From assembly GCA_964276515.1 (NCBI GenBank), contig OZ193910.1, positions 5,332,001 through 5,396,000 on the forward strand: a stretch of DNA of 64,000 nt, read 5' to 3'. Below are positions 1-12,290 of the stretch, piece by piece. Source of the DNA: Gordius albopunctatus. Lineage: Eukaryota. The position numbers and the translations under genes were made by a program. Under the pieces are notes generated by a model. The model did not search any database, had not been told where the DNA came from, and worked only from the letters and a program-made list of their open reading frames with translations. Every line of letters starts with the position of its first letter. The stretch's first letter is position 1.

Positions 1-331
1 CTTTCCTTTATTTATAAATCAAATTAATTAAATCGGAATGTAACCGATTAATTTGCAAGTTATTGACGTTTCGAAACGCCTCAAAAGCTGTTTTTAGCAA
101 CTTTGACAGCAAATATTTCAAAAACATGACGTATAGGGAAAAAGTTAAAATATATTCATATTCACCGCGAAAAACTCTACCAAAATTTGCAAACAGTTTG
201 CCGATCGATTTTTCTTGGTGAACCGTGAAATTTGTAACTAACTCATATCCCTACCCCTCCCACCCCATCTCTTATGTGATTTTATTGAAATTATGCCAAA
301 TAATTTTTTATCACACGACACTCTATCGATT

Positions 332-660
332 CAGAGAACAGAAAAGCCTAGCCGGGAAACATAAATTTCGGGCGGGCATCATAAATTCGGGCTCAATGAT
401 CTTTTTATAATAATTTATTATTTTGTTTTCTTGGATTTTGTCACTTTTTATTCGATTATTATTTAATGTTTGTTATTCCTAGTTATCATCCAAAAAATAT
501 CGGAAATTAAAAATAATTTTTGGAAAATATAACGATATTAGTGGTAAAACTTTTAAAATACATCATTTCGGGCAGCTTTATTAATTCTGGCATGGCCAGG
601 GGGACACATAGAAGGGTTTGGGTGGGCAGTTTAGTTATTAATCGTGTCGGGTCAAGAAGA
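332..660 (+). mobile_element. Degenerate copy of the hAT-type MITE at 37533-37906
   Basis: Colinear similarity to 37533-37906 (TTTCGGGCGGGCA, ATTCGGGCTCAAT, ATATAACGATATTAGTG, GGACACATAGAAGG); termini eroded, ends approximate. Confidence 0.7.
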
Positions 661-998
661 AAAATGATAACAATTTTAACCACTGACTATTAATTTTATT
701 TAAAAAATATCGGTATAATTTGAAAAATGAGATAAGAGTTGTTTTAATTGTTGTTTAGTGTTGTATTTGTTTAGTTTGAAATTTAAAAAAATTTCCATAA
801 TAACTAATTCTAATTTTATGCCAAAGAGTCATTTAATTTAAGCCAACAACTTAGACCATTAACAAGCACTATTTTATACATTAATAATATTTAAAATTGA
901 TTTAATAGGCAAAAAATTGTACGAGTTTAAAAATCGTTTGGTATTTCAAACCAAAAGACTTTTTAATACACCTTTGATATTAGCTAAGATTGAAAAAT

Positions 999-3900
999 AT
1001 GGAGGAATTCCACCAACTTATAGCAGAGGCACAGCTTTATAATAATAAATTAATCCTGGAATTGGATTTAAAGAAAAATCGTTGGAATCATCTGAAAGAA
1101 AGAATTGAAACTATTTCAAATAAAATTGAAAATACGAAAGTAATTTTTAAATTTATTTAACCATTTTAATAGTCTGCAAATTTCAATATTAAAAACGAGA
1201 TTATTAAAACACAATCTATGCAAAATGAGTGTCTAAAAAGTGTAAAGGAGCTAAAAGGATCCATCGATATACTAAAAAACCAATCGATTTTAAAGGAAAA
1301 ACTAAATAGCTCCATTCAAAATAGTAAGTTGGTATTTTATAATCTTTATAAAGGCGAAAACATTTGGTAAATAATAATATGATTGCTAAACGATTGATAT
1401 TTGTCCAATTTGTTTATTAAAATTAGGAAAACTAATGATAAAATAATTTTATCAGTCAACAGCTTTTTAAGAAATTTAGATAATAAGCTAGGTTTCTAAT
1501 CCAAATCCGTATAATTCATAGTTACAATGGTATAATATAATTATTATGTTAATGAGCTGATGAGATGATGTGATTATTAATTTTAATTATTTTGGCTTAA
1601 ATTTGAATAGGGGATACGGGGCTAGTAATAGACCGGGGTTAAGTTTATCTTTTTAATTATTTTAAAAACGATAATCATAAAACATTAAAATTTTAACCAT
1701 ATGTGTTAGAATAGATAAAAATTAAAAAATTTATATAGGGAAAACGGTTTTTAGGCCTATTAGTAGCCTTGACTAAATTTTGTATTTTGCACATTACATT
1801 TTTTTGGTTTTATATATTGTAACTAATTCACGTTTTATCAAGTTTTGTTTAATAATTTAACTTCCTGAAATTTGGAAGAGACATACACTTTAATTAAATT
1901 ATAAAAAGAGTTATTCCATTGTAGAATCTGTCCTTCATAAGTCAGATTGTCATCTTGACCCTTTTTTATTTTTATTATATAAAATATAATTATGTTACAT
2001 TTGCATTATCTATTTTTTTAAATAAAACAATCTCTTTATTTATTTGAGTTAAAAAATGAAAACGTAAGGGTTTTTGATCGCCCGAATAGGACTTTGACTA
2101 ACCCCGGACATTTTAAAATATTTAGAATTTTTGATTTTCTTAAACTCAATTTACGAAAACTAGCCACGGGCATTTTTGAAATATTTAGAATTTTTGGATT
2201 TTTTCTTAATTTTTGTTTTCTATATTAGAAATAGACTATAAAAATACATTCCAATAAAAAGGTTTTTTAACGTGATTTAATTTTTATGGCTATTTGGTCC
2301 TCGGTCTTCTCTACTTATTATAGTCCTACTTTTAAATCCTATTCTTCAAATAGTTGAATATGTCATTATTTTTACCGATCCAAACACTAGATTAATTGTA
2401 CGCCTCTAATAATAAAATTGTTTTAAAATATTGATCTTAATGCAAATCATGTTTTCTAGTGTACTAGGAACTGATAATCACATAGGTGTATATTCATATT
2501 TGCAAGTAAATTAACTTCTCCTACCTGTTTTAAATCATTATATTGATAGAATTTGAAAGTCAGATTGTTGTCTTCTTCTTTTTTATCAAATATTTGGTCC
2601 CACAGTCGTAGGGTTTGTATTGATGAGTTTCTCCATCTTGATGGGGTAAGTACCATGTCTTGATTAATCTTATTAGATTTCATAACTTTGTCGACTTGCC
2701 CTTCAGGTGACACGAGGTCGTCAACTTCCTCTTTTCCCTGGACCTCCATATCCAGTACTTTTCGATTTACATCATTCGTCTTCTTTCTTTGTATATTCCC
2801 ATACCATCTTAGCCGATTTTGGTTAACCATGTCCGCCATTATGCAATTTATGGGATCGTTTTTTTTGTCATGAGATAGTCATTCGTCCTATGGTCGAGCT
2901 TAGTATACCCCAAGCTCCACCGTATCATTTTCATCTCGGGATCTTGTAATAACTTTTCTTCCGTGCTGTTTAATACCCATGTTTTACTTACATAGGGTAA
3001 CACCAGTCTTACGATGGATTTGTAAGCTTTGCTTTTCAACCATATTAGCACTTTCTTGTCTCACATTACATCCGACATATAGTGTTTCGATCTCGTCTCG
3101 TCTCGATCTCGAAACCAAAATCTCGTCTCGTCTCGGGTGGGATTATTAGAATCTCGATCTCGTCTCGGCCTAGAAAAATCTCGATCTCGTCTCGACTTTT
3201 AAAAATAATTATAATAACATATATTTTTTTCTTATAAATTATTATATAAGGTATAAATTTGTCAAAATAGACGTATTTTTTAACTTGAATCTCAAAACAG
3301 AAGCTTGAGTAACTTAAGGTAGGAAGCAATATAATATAGGTGTTATATACTAATTGACTCAAAGGTATAAGGCTGCTAATTAATAAATTTTATGTCCTGG
3401 GTAAGGCTCAATAAAATAAAGTTTAATATCATCATACTTTAACATAATGAATTTATTGAAATTTTAAATAATAGAGTACAAATAATGAAAAAAATGCGAG
3501 AGTAACTTTTTAAAACATTATCATTTATAACAAGTAATTATATGAATATCGTAAATACAATAAAATAGCCATATTGTTGGAAGAACATAAAAGTTTTGAT
3601 ATCTTAGGTTAATTGCACATATATAATTAAGTAACGTTTATTTAGAAAATTTAAACAATTCTATTATGGTGTGGCGTGGCATCCCATTATATATAACAAA
3701 ATATTGACTTAATGCATTTATTATTAATTTTCACATAAAATAATTACATTACATACTAATAAAGCTTATGTTTATATATTTTTTAATTTATTGATAAATT
3801 GCAGCAATTTGCAAAAAATTCAGTGAATTTGAATGCATCTGCCAAGCTCCATTATTTTGACGTAAAATGTTATGAATGTAACTGGTTGAAAATTGTTGAG

Positions 3901-6900
3901 GTGTGCCATGAGTTTAGGCATAGCAAGCTCCTGGCAGATTCATGAGTTAATCTATTACGATGTTTTCGAATAGTCAGAGACGCTTTCGAAAACAATCGTT
4001 CGGCAGGCACCGAGGTGGCCGGGATGCTCAGAAAATCTCTAGCCATTGCTGCTAGATTGGGATAATTATTTTTGTTCATCAGCCACCAATTTAAAATATC
4101 CTCCGACTTATTAGCTCGTCGTGAGGCGTAATACCGATTTAACTCGGCTGTCCATGAATCGATATCATCTCCCTCGTTATTTTCAAACAAAGATCCTAAA
4201 TCTAAATGATCGTTATCATTATTAGCCAAAATATCTATATTATTTTCTAATAAAGTTGGTGGCTGGTGGTAATTATTTTTAAATAAATTTTCAAGTTTTT
4301 TTAAAGAAAAATTGGCAATCTCCTTACCCCATGGGGTCATATTAAAAGTTTCCTTTTTATGTCTTGGGTCAAGTATTAAAACAACACAATAAACCAAATT
4401 CATTTTATTGTAATATTTCAATAATTTTTCCCTACCTGTCTGTAACGCTAATAGCATAATTTCGTCATTATTTGTATGGTTATTATTAAGAAGTTTTATA
4501 ATGGTTCTATCTATTTTATCTAAGAGCATATTAAACCCCAAAACCACTAATGGTAATGTTACATATTTATCAGCACCTAACTGTGCTGATAAAATCTTAA
4601 AATCAACTAATATTATTACAAATAACTCTAACAATTCCCATTCTGCTTCCTTCAAAAATAATTTTTCCAGTTCTTTATTATTAGTACAAAGCAGGTTTAT
4701 AGCCTCTTTCATTCTAATTCCTGTTTTTATCATATCATATGTTGAGTTCCACCTAGTTGAAACATCAATATTTGGAGAAAGGCTTTTAATATTTGTAGTT
4801 TCACAACAATTAATTAATTTATTGTTCCATTTTTCTGATTTCTTAAGTTTTATAAATAAAGTTCTTAATTTGTTTATAGGTTTTGTATCATTATCAAAAT
4901 CTTCCTCATTTTCAATATCAATACAATCCTCATCACACCTTAAAACTTTTAACATATCTTTAACAGCAAGATTCAAAGCAAAAAAAATGCTCTTCTTTTG
5001 GGTCAAATATGTTTTGGGTGTTATTTAATAGTATTCCTAACTCTTTTATAAAAGTGGTATTGGCAGATGCATTATCTAGTGTGATTCCCTGAATTTTGTG
5101 TAAAATATTATAATTTTTCAATAGATTAAAAAATATATTTGCAATATCTTTACCAGTATGTAATCCATTTGATGGAAGAAAATCAATAACAAATGAATTA
5201 AATACCCATTGTGCTGAAATGAAATGGGCTGTCACACCATAATAAGACTTGTTTTGAATGGACGTCCATCCATCAATAGTGAATGATATCTTTGAAGTGT
5301 TGGATTGCAGGATGGCCATAATAGCTTTTTGTTTATCCAAAAAATGCTGTGAAATTAAAATTTTCATGTTATCTCTTCGGGGTACATTTAGAGATGGGTT
5401 TATAGACTTAAATAAGGATATAGTCAAATCATCGTCAAAAAAGTTGAAGGGTAAATATTTGACAGCACACCACTGCACAAGTTTACTTTCAAATTCTGTT
5501 TGCTTAATCGGCCTCTGATGAGTTAAAAATAAAGTTAATAAGGGAATGGTAGTGTTTTTTCAAATAATAACTCAATCATTAAAAAAACAGTAAGTTTAAA
5601 AAATATATTTTATGAAATCTGTCCAATGCATTAGTGAAAATAATATTTCATAGCAAATATATACAAGTATTTAGTCATTTTTAAAGAATATGCTTGATAT
5701 ATAATAACTATTATAAGCTTACATTTCCTGAAGCCTCTAGGTTGGCTGAAAGAAAGTTGTTGGGCAGTTTTGATTCCTTATTAACTTGAGTAGGGTAAAG
5801 GGTATAATAATCCTTATGATGGTAACGTTTTAGATGTCGTTGAAGACCTGAAGTATTGCTATCTGTCATTTTTATTTCTTTGGAACAGAATTTACATTTC
5901 CCCATTATATTTGATTCCTCTTTGGATATTGTGAAATGTTTCAGTAGCTTGTTCTTTTTTAAATTGCATGCTGGGGAAAAACTCATCGTCTAAAATTTTC
6001 ATATTATATAAGCTAAATAAATACATAATTACTTCTTCGAATAACACTATGTTAATGTTTTAATAAGATTATACTATAAATTTGAAATTAGCGCGAAGCG
6101 GATAATTAGGTGCCTAAGTAATTTAAAATCAAAAGTTCAAAATCATATTAATTTCATTTAATATCCTAAATTTAAATTTCATGAAATAAGTTTTTTAAAT
6201 AGTTAAATTTAACTTAATAGTAAAAAATAAAAATTAAAGTCGAGATCTCGCCGATAAAATCTCGTCTCGTCTCGAGGTCAAAATTCTCGTCTCGTCTCGG
6301 TTTTTCGAGACGAGACGAGACCGAGATTTGTCTCGGTTTTTCCGCATCACTAGACATACTTGGCCATTTAAGCCATAATCTCCCGTTCTTCGAACCGCGA
6401 GAACTGTGGCGTAAAGGAAAACACTATTCGGTCGTTTCGTCTTTTTTCAAGTTCGTTTGATTGCGGCCAATACCTAAGGAGGGTGCGAGGCCCGTGCGCG
6501 AAAAGGCGAGCGGTCGATTCGTTTTCCTCAGAGTCGGTTTGCTCGGGATTGCAGCCTAAATCGGGTGTTAAACTCCATCTAAGGCTGAATATCAGCACGA
6601 AACCGATAGCGAACAAGTACCGTAAGGAAAAGTTGAAAAGAACTTTGAAGAGAGAGTTCAAAAGTACGTGAAACCGCTTAAAGGTAAGCGGAAGAGCTCG
6701 AAAAAGAGGTGCGCGGTTCAGCCGGCGTGGTAGCGTACTCAGGTTCCGGGGAGAAAGGCCGTTCACAGTCCTCCCCGGGGCCGGTTTAAACGTCGCTGCC
6801 CGGCGCATTCCACGCGCTATCGATATCGCGACCGATGGTGGGTCCGTTCCCCCCGCGACGCCGGAGCCGATTTTCTTAAGGCTTCACAAGTCGCGTTCGG

Positions 6901-9900
6901 ATCCCTTAGCGTTTCGCATCTAATTCGAGGTTCATAAACCTTTCTTCTTTTGGGAAATACTCTTCTATCAAAATCCATAACAAGGGGACGATATTGCTTA
7001 GCGATTTCTCCTCCCGGTATTACTTTGCAATCCTTGATCGTCCATAAGCCCTTTCGCCGTATGAGCAGATAGTCGATTTGACTAAAATGATTCGCACTTC
7101 TATAAGTCACAATACGATCTTCGCGTTTTTGAAAATAGGTGTTAACGATCGACATGTCGTATGCTTGGGATACTTAAAGAAGTTTTTCCCATTCTTTGTT
7201 CTTCATACCATGCCCATAGTCACTATGATATCATTCTTATCCAAGCCTATATTTCCCTACGTGGCCGTTGGAATCCGCCCCAATCATTAGCTTTTTTTCT
7301 GTCCTATTTCTTGTTTTCCGGTTCCCAGTTTGGGGAGGATACGCGCACATAACGGTTAGGAGGCCCCTTTGATCTGCAATCTTCACCCACAAACCTGTCG
7401 GAACAAAGCTTGACTTCCACCACCTTGTAATACCGACCCCATTAGTACGATTTGGTGACCCACTGTAGAATAGCTTCTGTCCTTCTGGTAAATCCCGAGC
7501 TTTGGTTCCGTCCACCTCGTCTCTTGTAGTCAGGATGTGTACCTTTCTTCTTTTTAGCATTTGTGCGACCTCAATGCTCTTTTCCGTCAACGTTCCCACA
7601 TTCCAGCACGTTATTCGCATACTTTTCACAACTAATTTCCTCAAGCTTTAGTTGTGAGTCGGGCAGTGGCCATTGCACGGGCGGGGTATGCGGTGCGCGT
7701 CGTTTGTGGAGCACGCGCACGCCCCAGCTGTATATTGTAAAGTTTTGTTAAAAACTATAGTCATTTTGGAGTTGGTTTTTATAGCCGGTTTCCGACATCA
7801 CCAACCCTCAACATTTTGCACACGGACTTGGGACCGTCATAGGTAGTGTTTTATTTCAAAGTGTTGTAAATAAACTAAAATCCCGTTTAATTTCTGCTTA
7901 TTAGTGGCTTCTGTCTCAGGCGGCCAAACTTAGTTTTTAAAATGCACGTAATACCTCTTTAAAAAAATGCCCTACCCTCTTTTTGTTGTTTCACAATGTG
8001 TTTATTGTTTTTTAAAAAGTATCCGTTTATTAATTCAGATTATGAAGAAGAGATAAAATTCAAAGACCTGTTGTGCCAATACGAAAGCATATTTGAGGAA
8101 AGGAGTAAACTACCTAACTCATGCTTAAAACTTATGGAGCAAATACAAGTTAAAGAAATTGAATTAGCAAAGTAAACTGTTTTTGTCAACACGATTTTTT
8201 AATTACAAATTTAGTGTAAAGCAAGAAGTTGGCACTATATTGGAGAGTACAAAAAGTTTGAATAACCTTTTATTGAAAGTAGATGATTTTGAGAAGAATG
8301 GTAAACTTAATCTTAATTAAATTTGAGTCCTGAGTAATTTATTAGCGGTGGAGCATAATTCTTGGTCGATGGTGATTAGATATGCCGAAATTGGTGTAGA
8401 AAATGCGAAACTCGAAAAAGCCATTGTTGAAAAAATGAAGGTCGATTGATTTATATGATAATTTCAAATATTCATACACTAGTAGAATGCCCAAACCATT
8501 TAAAAAATTAGGATTAGTTTCTGACATTAGTATATGGTCAAATAAGTGGTTAAGAACTATTTATAGACTAGTATAAATGTTATACATTTATTAGGGCAGA
8601 TGTATAGGCATGTAGGAATTGATCAATCTTCCTATAACCCTATATAATTTTATAAACAACTAATGATCATTTATAATTTGTTACACTTAGAAGTCAATTG
8701 AGCAAAATATTATCTCTACAAATTCGAAAAACAATGAAAGCTATCTTTCGCATATTTTGAATCAATACAGCACCTTAAAACAAGATTCTAATAAATTTAA
8801 TTCTGCTGCAAGTGACAATTGTCATCATTCGTTTGAGTCTTGTAATATAAATGAAAAATCAAAAGATATGAATGAAAATGAACGTGAGCTGTGTGGGACT
8901 GGTAAAGAATCCCAACACAGCCACTCTTTTTCTTCGAATGGTTCTAATTCATCGAGCAGCCATTACAATGGGCTTAAAATACATGATGCGGTAAGCTTTC
9001 GCAATGGTAAAACTGGGCTGGCTACTGCAGTCATAGCTCCACATCCTAAACCAAGTCAGGAAATTACTACAATCTTCAATGATGATTCCAATGGCAATAC
9101 AACTCTCAGCTTTTCCAATTTATTTTCTGAAATCGATGATGTTATTAAGCCTCGAAACAATTTTGGGCCTCAAATATCTTTATCTAAAAAGATTGATACG
9201 GCGTTTTCGACTCGAGATAATGAATCAAAGAATTTCAACAATTATTTCATGAGCATTCCGACATTTGACATGAAAAAAATTGATGCAACAGACCTGGTTT
9301 CTACTTCTGGTTTGTCGAATATGGATGTTGTTAATGATAATGATCAAACCCGATCTTCGTACAACGAATCGACCACGCAATATAGCACTTTTAATAAACG
9401 CGTCCCAAAGTTAAGAGGAGCTAGTCAATTTATGATGACCTCAACCCCTATAGGAATAGAAAATGATTTAGATTTTTCTCTTTCTCAATTTAAGATAAAT
9501 CATTTTATGCCATTAAACAATACAATGGGTTACGATGGGCAAGGAGGTTCTAATGATCTCGGACCTATAAAAACAAATTTTTTGGGATCACAGAATTATT
9601 TCAATTCAATATCTATATTTGATAGGTATATGTGTAAAATTTATAATTATTTTTATTACTTTTTCCCAAAGTTATAAGCAGGCGGAAATAAAGAATAAAA
9701 TACTCGATTCCCAATCATCATCGGGCAGTTATATGGGTTCCCGTTTTATAAAAGAAAATGAGCAAACGTTTAAGCAAAGTCACCACCAAATAAATTCTGG
9801 CAATAGTTTCGGACTGCATACAAGATCGCAAATATTTAAAGAAAGTAAAATTTCTATCCACATAATTATGGTTGAATTATTTATATTTTAAATATTTAAA

Positions 9901-10637
9901 TGAGAGTGATATTAGTACAATATTAGCCATCTTAATGTTAAAAAAAACTATAGATAATTAGTATTCACTTCCTTATATTTTTAGAAAAAGATGTGCCAGC
10001 CATGATTAACAGGGTTAAAACAAAAGGGAAAATGATAGAAATTGATGAAAACATGAAATTAGAAAACCTAAATATGGCATGCCCCAAAACACACTTTCCA
10101 GAGCCAGATGAGAAGAACATAAAGTATGAAGTTGAAAATAATGTTTACCAATACCCGCCTTTAAAAGAAGAAATTAAGTATATAATGGATAGTAATAATA
10201 AAAGTGATTATAAATCAATACCATCTACCATTTATAATACAACTGACAATCAAAATACTTCAATTGGCAAAAATTATGGTCAAGAAAGTCAATTAAATAT
10301 CGAAAGTTTTGAAATCAATTACGAACCAATTGATAAAAATTTGATGTCAAATAACAATGAAAATATTTTTAATCAAGAAGCTAAAAGTGAAACGAACAAT
10401 GATTTCTTTAATGCAATGTTTGCAAATAGTAACGAAATGAGTAACAAAGAAAATGAGACACTTAGTATGTTTAATTTCGAAGCCGCAACACAAGACAATA
10501 AAGTGTTGATGGGTAATGATTTTGGTTTTGGCCACAGTGACAATCAGAATTTTTCTTTCGGTTTTCAAAAAAATGACTTATCAACCAGTGGAATTAACGA
10601 ATCAAACGATAATAATGGATTTAACTTTAATTTTTAG
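999..10637 (+). CDS. SIX6OS1/C14orf39-like synaptonemal complex central element protein, 10 exons, 814 aa in this model
   Basis: Phase-consistent GT-AG exon chain: 999-1139, 1173-1323, 1354-1366, 1427-1491, 8039-8171, 8215-8300, 8346-8440, 8691-9625, 9672-9844, 9985-10637 (2445 nt, open). N-terminal coiled coil with SENIWKTND, FKDLLCQYESIF and NSWSMVI; long N/S-rich disordered region; Phe-rich tail (FGFG..FSFGF..GFNFNF*). Gene structure well supported; identity is inference from recalled motifs. Confidence 0.7.
3080..6352 (-). mobile_element. hAT DNA transposon, 3273 bp, TAG termini, 6-bp TSD GACATA
   Basis: Termini TAGTGTT.../...ATCACTA; GACATA at 3074-3079 and 6353-6358; subterminal TCTCG repeats at both ends; removing it rejoins the RTE reading frame. 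Confidence 0.92.
3870..5986 (-). pseudogene. hAT transposase (BED finger, DDE core, dimerization domain) with one frameshift
   Basis: Exon 5986-5723 (CKFC..TSGLQRHLKRYH), GT-AG intron 5722-5515, exon from 5514; TIDGW, TLDNA, STRWNS, LDPR, SVPAERLFS motifs; frameshift/deletion near 4980 damages the CxxH motif. Confidence 0.9.
6376..6916 (+). rRNA. 28S (LSU) rRNA fragment, D1-D2 region; dispersed pseudogenic piece
   Basis: Conserved LSU core AAACTCCATCTAAGGCT..ACCGATAGCGAACAAGTACCGT..GAAAAGAACTTTGAAGAGAGAGTTCAA..GTACGTGAAACCG at about 6570-6680; GC-rich; ends inferred from where RTE coding similarity stops. Confidence 0.92.
7801..7850 (-). ncRNA. Twister ribozyme-like motif (3' cleavage-product portion) at RTE 5' end
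   Basis: Minus strand AACACTACCTATGACGGTCCCAAGTCCGTGTGCAAAATGTTGAGGGTTGG aligns with the recalled type-P1 twister pattern U^AACACUGCCAAUGCCGGUCCCAAGCCCGG..GAGGG; P4 ACGG/CCGT pairs; P2 imperfect; 5' P1 strand absent. Confidence 0.8.
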
Positions 10638-11944
10638 CATTTAAAATATTCTGTAATGAAATTATCGAAAACTTATTTATCCTACCAATCTTTTTTGATA
10701 CAAATATTTTTTGCATTTCGTTGAGTTAAACAAAGTTTTTAAAGTATTTTATAACAAATATCAAACATGAATAAAAATATATTTACCAAAAAATCTCAAT
10801 TTTATATATCATCTCTTCAACTAATAGCTTTGAAAACTAAACTTCTATTATTATTTGGAGTGGCGCAGGCAGAGAGGCGATTGGGCAAAAATTATCCGAA
10901 ATATATAGAAAAACTCAGTGATGTTAATAAGGCTCTTGTTAGTGTTGCGCTAATAGAAATAATTACCTAATTTAAGATTTAATTTTAAATGAAAATCCAC
11001 TAAATCTAAGACTATAAATTTTCGTCCCTAGTGGGTCTGTTAAAATGAAAAGAAATTTAATATTTATTTAAAAAATTATCTCAAATTCTAAAATAAAAGC
11101 CGAAGATGCTAATACCGGGCAAATTTTAGTATAATATATAAGTTTTCTAAGCGATGCATATTTAACTTAATTTAGATTCCTTGTTTTATAAAGTTGCGAA
11201 TGTTAATAGTACTTGAAAGAGAAGAGCATAATAATAAACTACTAATAATAATGCTCAAAGTGAATGATAATTTTAACCGAGCATCCTATAGGCTTCATTC
11301 ATGCATGCTTCACTTTTAAACTTAATATATCATGGCTTTTCTTTAGAAACTGAGTGTACAAATTCTACAATAGAGATTTATGATAAAACCAACTAGGTAT
11401 TAACAATCCCCCTTTGCAAAAATTTCTGGCTGCGGGTGCGGATCATGTGCGTATTGCCTATAAACGTGTCGGGCATGGATGATCTTTTTTTAATAAGGGT
11501 CGGGCTGACTTAAAATTAATTTAATTGCGGCGCTCCTATATAGGGTTATTATTATCTCCTTTAAAATATTAGCAAACCGCAATTTATTAATAAATTTAAA
11601 GTATGTTTATAATTTTTGTATTTCAAAGTAGCAGAAGAAATGGTGTGCTTTTTATGATGGACACCAAATTTTATTAATTTCTATGCAATTTATGGGCTCG
11701 CTTTTTCTTGTCCGTCCAACATGTATCTTAATTGCTGGTTCGTTACCCGTAGAGGCCAAATTTTTTTAAATTAAATTAATATATTTTTTTGTAGATAGAA
11801 GTTTATTTCCAATTAATTATGTATGTTATATGCTAAAATATATAAAATTAATAAGCTGGCATCGAGCCATGGATTGAGATTGTATTAGATTTCAATATTG
11901 TTCTTGTTAATACCATTGATAATATGACTTTTTAGCCGTCCGCT

Positions 11945-12290
11945 GACTACTGACCAATGAATAAAATAACCATTGGCCAAAGTGTGAATCGAAATTTTTT
12001 TTTCGTCTCTTATGTAGTGTCCTGGCTACTGACCAATGAAAAAAATGACCACTGGCCAAAGTGAGATGAAGATCAAATTTTTTATCTGGCTTATAATTAT
12101 TGGCCAGTATTTGGCAGTCTACTGGTTACTGACCAATGGAAAAAATCACCACTGGTCAAAGTGAGATTAAATCGATTTTTTTTCTAGATTATTATTATAG
12201 GCTAGTTATTTGGCTATCTGCTAACTATTATAAAAAATGACCACTGGCCAAAGTGATAAAAAAAATGACCAATGGCCAAGGTCTGATTGG
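11945..12290 (+). repeat. Array of about 5 copies of TGACCAATGAAAAAAATGACCACTGGCCAAAGTG with related linkers
   Basis: Copies start near 11951, 12030, 12130, 12232, 12260; uneven spacing. Confidence 0.8.

Larger units (their letters stand above)
2571..7850 (-). mobile_element. RTE-clade non-LTR retrotransposon, degenerate, interrupted by a hAT element and a 28S fragment; lies in intron 4 of the host gene
   Basis: APE endonuclease remnants 6917-7644 (CWNVGTL, GADSNGHVG, SQIDYLL, DCKVIPG); post-RT remnants 2600-3073 plus 6359-6375 (WLKW..DKK..LKSK read across the hAT, RLRWYG); (AAG)n tail at 2571-2584; twister-like 5' end at 7801-7850. No clean TSD seen. Confidence 0.9.

Noticed and set aside
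4501..5518. Plus-strand ORFs 4501-5028 and 5258-5518
   Set aside because: Antisense shadows of the hAT transposase.
6368..6808. ORFs 6368-6808 and 6483-6671 as proteins; functional rRNA gene
   Set aside because: Spurious frames over rRNA sequence; only about 540 bp of LSU with no 18S/5.8S/ITS context.
11945..12290. CRISPR-like repeat/spacer array
   Set aside because: Spacers resemble each other, spacing is uneven, repeats are degenerate, no cas genes, eukaryotic context.
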